A stretch of DNA of 64,000 nt from an uncultured Acidobacteriota bacterium (GTDB lineage: Bacteria; Acidobacteriota; Vicinamibacteria; Vicinamibacterales; CAVVIG01), in assembly GCA_963821285.1 (NCBI GenBank), contig CAWGDD010000009.1:2431-66430 (forward strand). The letters are read 5' to 3'. This document shows positions 61,697 through 64,000 of the stretch, piece by piece (the first letter of the stretch is position 1; the number at the start of each line of letters is the position of its first letter). The position numbers and the translations under genes were made by a program. The notes beneath the pieces are model-generated. The model worked only from the letters and a program-made list of their open reading frames with translations, did not search any database and was not told where the DNA came from.

Positions 61697-62928
61697 ACCC
61701 CGTGTCCGTACCCCACATGCTCGACGTGATGTCCACCGTTGGCATCGTCGGGCGCCGCGGGGCCGCTCCCGCGCAGCCGCTCGACGATGCGCCGAAGATC
61801 GCCGTCGCCGACGATCTTGCGGTGCTCGCCGAACGAAATGACGGCGCGATACACCTGGTCGATCTCGCCCGCGGCGACGTGCAGGCCGAGCGCGTCGCAG
61901 CGCCGTTGAACCGCGTGCCGGCCGGAGTGCCGGCCGAGGACCAGCTGCTCGGGCTCCTGGCCGACGTCCTGCGGCCGCATGATCTCGTAGGTGCGCGCGT
62001 CCTTCAGCACGCCGTCCTGGTGAATGCCCGCTTCGTGGGCGAAGGCGTTGCGTCCGACGATGGCCTTGTTGGCCTGCACCGGTTCGTTGGCGAGCTTCGC
62101 GAGCAGCTGGCTCGTCTCGAAGAGCAGGGGCGACTGGATCCCCGTCTCGAACGGCAGCCGGTCCTTCCGCACGCGCATCGCCATCACGACTTCTTCGAGC
62201 GCCGCGTTGCCGGCCCGTTCGCCGATACCGTTGATCGCGACCTCGACCTGACGGGCGCCGCCGGCGATCGCGGCCAGGCTGTTGGCGACGGCCAGGCCCA
62301 GATCGTCGTGGCAGTGTGCGCTGAAGACGGCCTTGTCGGAGTTGGGAACACGCCGGATGATCTCGGCGAAGAATTCCTGCGTCTCGTCCGGCGTCGTGTA
62401 CCCGACCGTGTCAGGCAGATTGATCGTCGTTGCGCCGGCCGCGATCGCCGCCTCGACGACGCGGCACAGGAAGTCGTGGTCGCTTCGCGTCGCGTCCTCC
62501 GCCGAGAACTCGACGTCGTCGGTGAACTGCCGGGCGCGGCGGACGCCGTCGACGACGGCCGTCAGGCAGGCCTCGCGCGTGATGCGCAGCTTGCGCTCGA
62601 GATGCAGGTCGGACGTCGCCAGGAACGTGTGAATGCGGCGGCGGGCGGCCGGCGCGAGGGCGCGGGCGGCTTCGTCGATGTCCAGGGGCCGGCATCGGGC
62701 CAGGGCGGCAATCACCGGCCGGCGGACCTCTTTGGCGATCTGGGTGACGGCTTCGGCGTCGGCCGGCGACGCGATGGGAAAGCCGGCTTCGATGATGTCC
62801 ACGCCCAGCGCGTCGAGAGCCCGCGCCATCTGCACCTTGGCCGGGACCTCGAGCGAGAAGCCGGGGGCCTGCTCGCCGTCCCGCAGGGTGGTATCGAAGA
62901 TCACGACCCGTGCGGATTCAGTAGCCAT
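61693..62928 (-). CDS. 2-isopropylmalate synthase / homocitrate synthase family protein (short form without LeuA regulatory domain)
   Basis: VVIFDTTLRDGEQAPG, HCHDDLGLAVANSLAA, GIGERAGNAALEE. 411 aa. Confidence 0.85.
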   Translation of the reverse strand: MATESARVVIFDTTLRDGEQAPGFSLEVPAKVQMARALDALGVDIIEAGFPIASPADAEAVTQIAKEVRRPVIAALARCRPLDIDEAARALAPAARRRIHTFLATSDLHLERKLRITREACLTAVVDGVRRARQFTDDVEFSAEDATRSDHDFLCRVVEAAIAAGATTINLPDTVGYTTPDETQEFFAEIIRRVPNSDKAVFSAHCHDDLGLAVANSLAAIAGGARQVEVAINGIGERAGNAALEEVVMAMRVRKDRLPFETGIQSPLLFETSQLLAKLANEPVQANKAIVGRNAFAHEAGIHQDGVLKDARTYEIMRPQDVGQEPEQLVLGRHSGRHAVQRRCDALGLHVAAGEIDQVYRAVISFGEHRKIVGDGDLRRIVERLRGSGPAAPDDANGGHHVEHVGYGHGV

Positions 62929-62999
62929 GGACCTGAGTGTGCGCGCCCGGCAGATTAGAAGTCAAAGTGATAATCATTACGATACAATAAGCGCAATTT

Positions 63000-63953
63000 A
63001 TGGACATCGCCGCCCTGAAGACCTTCCTGGCCGTCGCCCAGGAGCGAAGTTTCTCGCGCGCCGCGGCCAAGGTTCACCGCACGCAGCCCGCGGTGAGCCA
63101 GGCGGTGCGGCGGCTCGAAGAGGATCTCGGTGAGCAGTTGTTCGATCGCTCCTCGAAGACGGGCACCCTCACCGATGCCGGGAAGGTGCTCCAGAACTAC
63201 GGGCAGCGTCTCGTGCGGCTTGCCGAGGAGGCGGAGTCGGCGATGCGTGAACTCCGCGACCTGCGCCGCGGCCGCGTGCTGATCGGCGCCAACGAAGCCG
63301 CCGTCCACACGCTGCTGCCACTCATCGGGCGGTTCCGGCGGGGTTTCCCCGATATCGCGATCGACGTCCGCCGTGTCCCGGCCCGGCAAATCGCGGTCGA
63401 AGTCCAGCAGGGGAGCCTCGACTTCGGCGCCCTGACATTTCACCCCACGGAAGAAGGCCTCCTCGAGGTCCCGGTCGGCAGCGACGAGCTCGTGCTGCTC
63501 GTCTCACCCTCGCACGAGCTGGCCGGGCGCCGTCAGGTCACCATGGCGGAGCTGGCGGGGCATCCCGTGGTGGCCCACAACGATCCGTCGCCCGCGCGGG
63601 AACGCGTCCTTCGCCTCTTCGAGGAGCACCACATCACGCTCAACATGGTGATCGCGTTGCCGAGCCTCGACGGTATCAAGCGCGCGGTCGAACTCAACCT
63701 CGGTGTGGCGCTGCTGCCCAGACGCTGCGCGATCACCGAGATCGCGAGCAAGCGGCTCGTGGCGGTGCAGGTGACGGGTGTGTCGCGCAAACGCCAGGTC
63801 ACGCTGGTGTGTCGCAGGGCGCACCGGTCGCATGCGTCGGACGCGTTCCTGAAAGTGGCCCAGGAGCACTCGCACAACCATTTAGTCATCTGGTCATTTG
63901 GTCATCTGGTCATCGTTTTGGAATTCTCAGATTTCACAATTTCCAAACGATGA
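63000..63953 (+). CDS. LysR-family transcriptional regulator
   Basis: MDIAALKTFLAVAQERSFSRAAAKVHRTQPAVSQAVRRLEEDLGEQLFDR. The last about 25 aa (HNHLVIWSFGHLVIVLEFSDFTISKR) are encoded by the composite repeat element. Confidence 0.9.
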   Translation: MDIAALKTFLAVAQERSFSRAAAKVHRTQPAVSQAVRRLEEDLGEQLFDRSSKTGTLTDAGKVLQNYGQRLVRLAEEAESAMRELRDLRRGRVLIGANEAAVHTLLPLIGRFRRGFPDIAIDVRRVPARQIAVEVQQGSLDFGALTFHPTEEGLLEVPVGSDELVLLVSPSHELAGRRQVTMAELAGHPVVAHNDPSPARERVLRLFEEHHITLNMVIALPSLDGIKRAVELNLGVALLPRRCAITEIASKRLVAVQVTGVSRKRQVTLVCRRAHRSHASDAFLKVAQEHSHNHLVIWSFGHLVIVLEFSDFTISKR

Positions 63954-63984
63954 CCAGATGACCAGATGACTAAATGACCAGATT
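63879..63984. repeat. Composite palindromic element, copy B (8-mer arrays flanking the core TTTTGGAATTCTCAGATTTCACAATTTCCAAA)
   Basis: Same architecture and largely the same sequence as 43584-43690. Confidence 0.9.
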
Positions 63985-64000
63985 CATCGTTCGCGAGCGC

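Noticed and set aside
62929-62999. LysR-box (T-N11-A / ATC-N-GAT) in the AT-rich divergent region between the IPMS-like gene and the LysR gene
   Set aside because: Several loosely matching candidates exist (for example ATCATTACGAT), but none is a clean palindrome. I cannot discriminate between them without binding data.

Overview
High-GC (about 67%) bacterial chromosomal segment. The gene content points to Acidobacteriota: CarboxypepD_reg-type TonB-dependent receptors and an acidobacterial VWFA-domain protein. I call about 49 intact CDSs, 3 frame-disrupted genes and one tRNA-Leu(CAA). I saw no rRNA, CRISPR array, transposase, integrase or phage genes.

Gene blocks:
- 1-18.5 kb: an uptake and catabolic island. 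It holds three TonB-dependent receptors, an XRE-cupin regulator, two MetE-C-terminal-like Zn alkyltransferases, a Gfo/Idh/MocA oxidoreductase, an EboE-like TIM barrel, a bicupin, an NmrA-like protein, an epoxide hydrolase and two paralogous secreted proteins.
- 18.5-41.3 kb: housekeeping and regulatory genes (carD, plsC, OPT transporter, rex-moaC, glutaminyl cyclase, lepB, lytS/lytTR, orphan nuoI, and lon followed by cupredoxin-like, HD-GYP and beta-barrel genes).
- 41.5-46.9 kb: a small lipid or polyketide-like cluster (KAS II-type synthase, FAD oxidoreductase, two ICMT-type methyltransferases, a PIG-V-like glycosyltransferase). All three polytopic membrane genes in it carry frameshifts.
- 47.0-60.5 kb: an eight-gene MoxR/DUF58/BatA-type operon.
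- 60.5-64 kb: orphan vapC, rhomboid, IPMS-like and LysR genes.

The most unusual signal is non-coding. More than half of the intergenic gaps are filled by short-period tandem-repeat arrays with 7, 8 or 9 nt units and at least eight unrelated unit sequences. Many arrays are paired as inverted arrays that can form long hairpins. Several run into coding sequence. There is also a two-copy palindromic composite element of about 105 bp and a family of GC-hairpin (REP-like) elements.

All functional calls come from reading motifs in the translations by eye. No database search was run.
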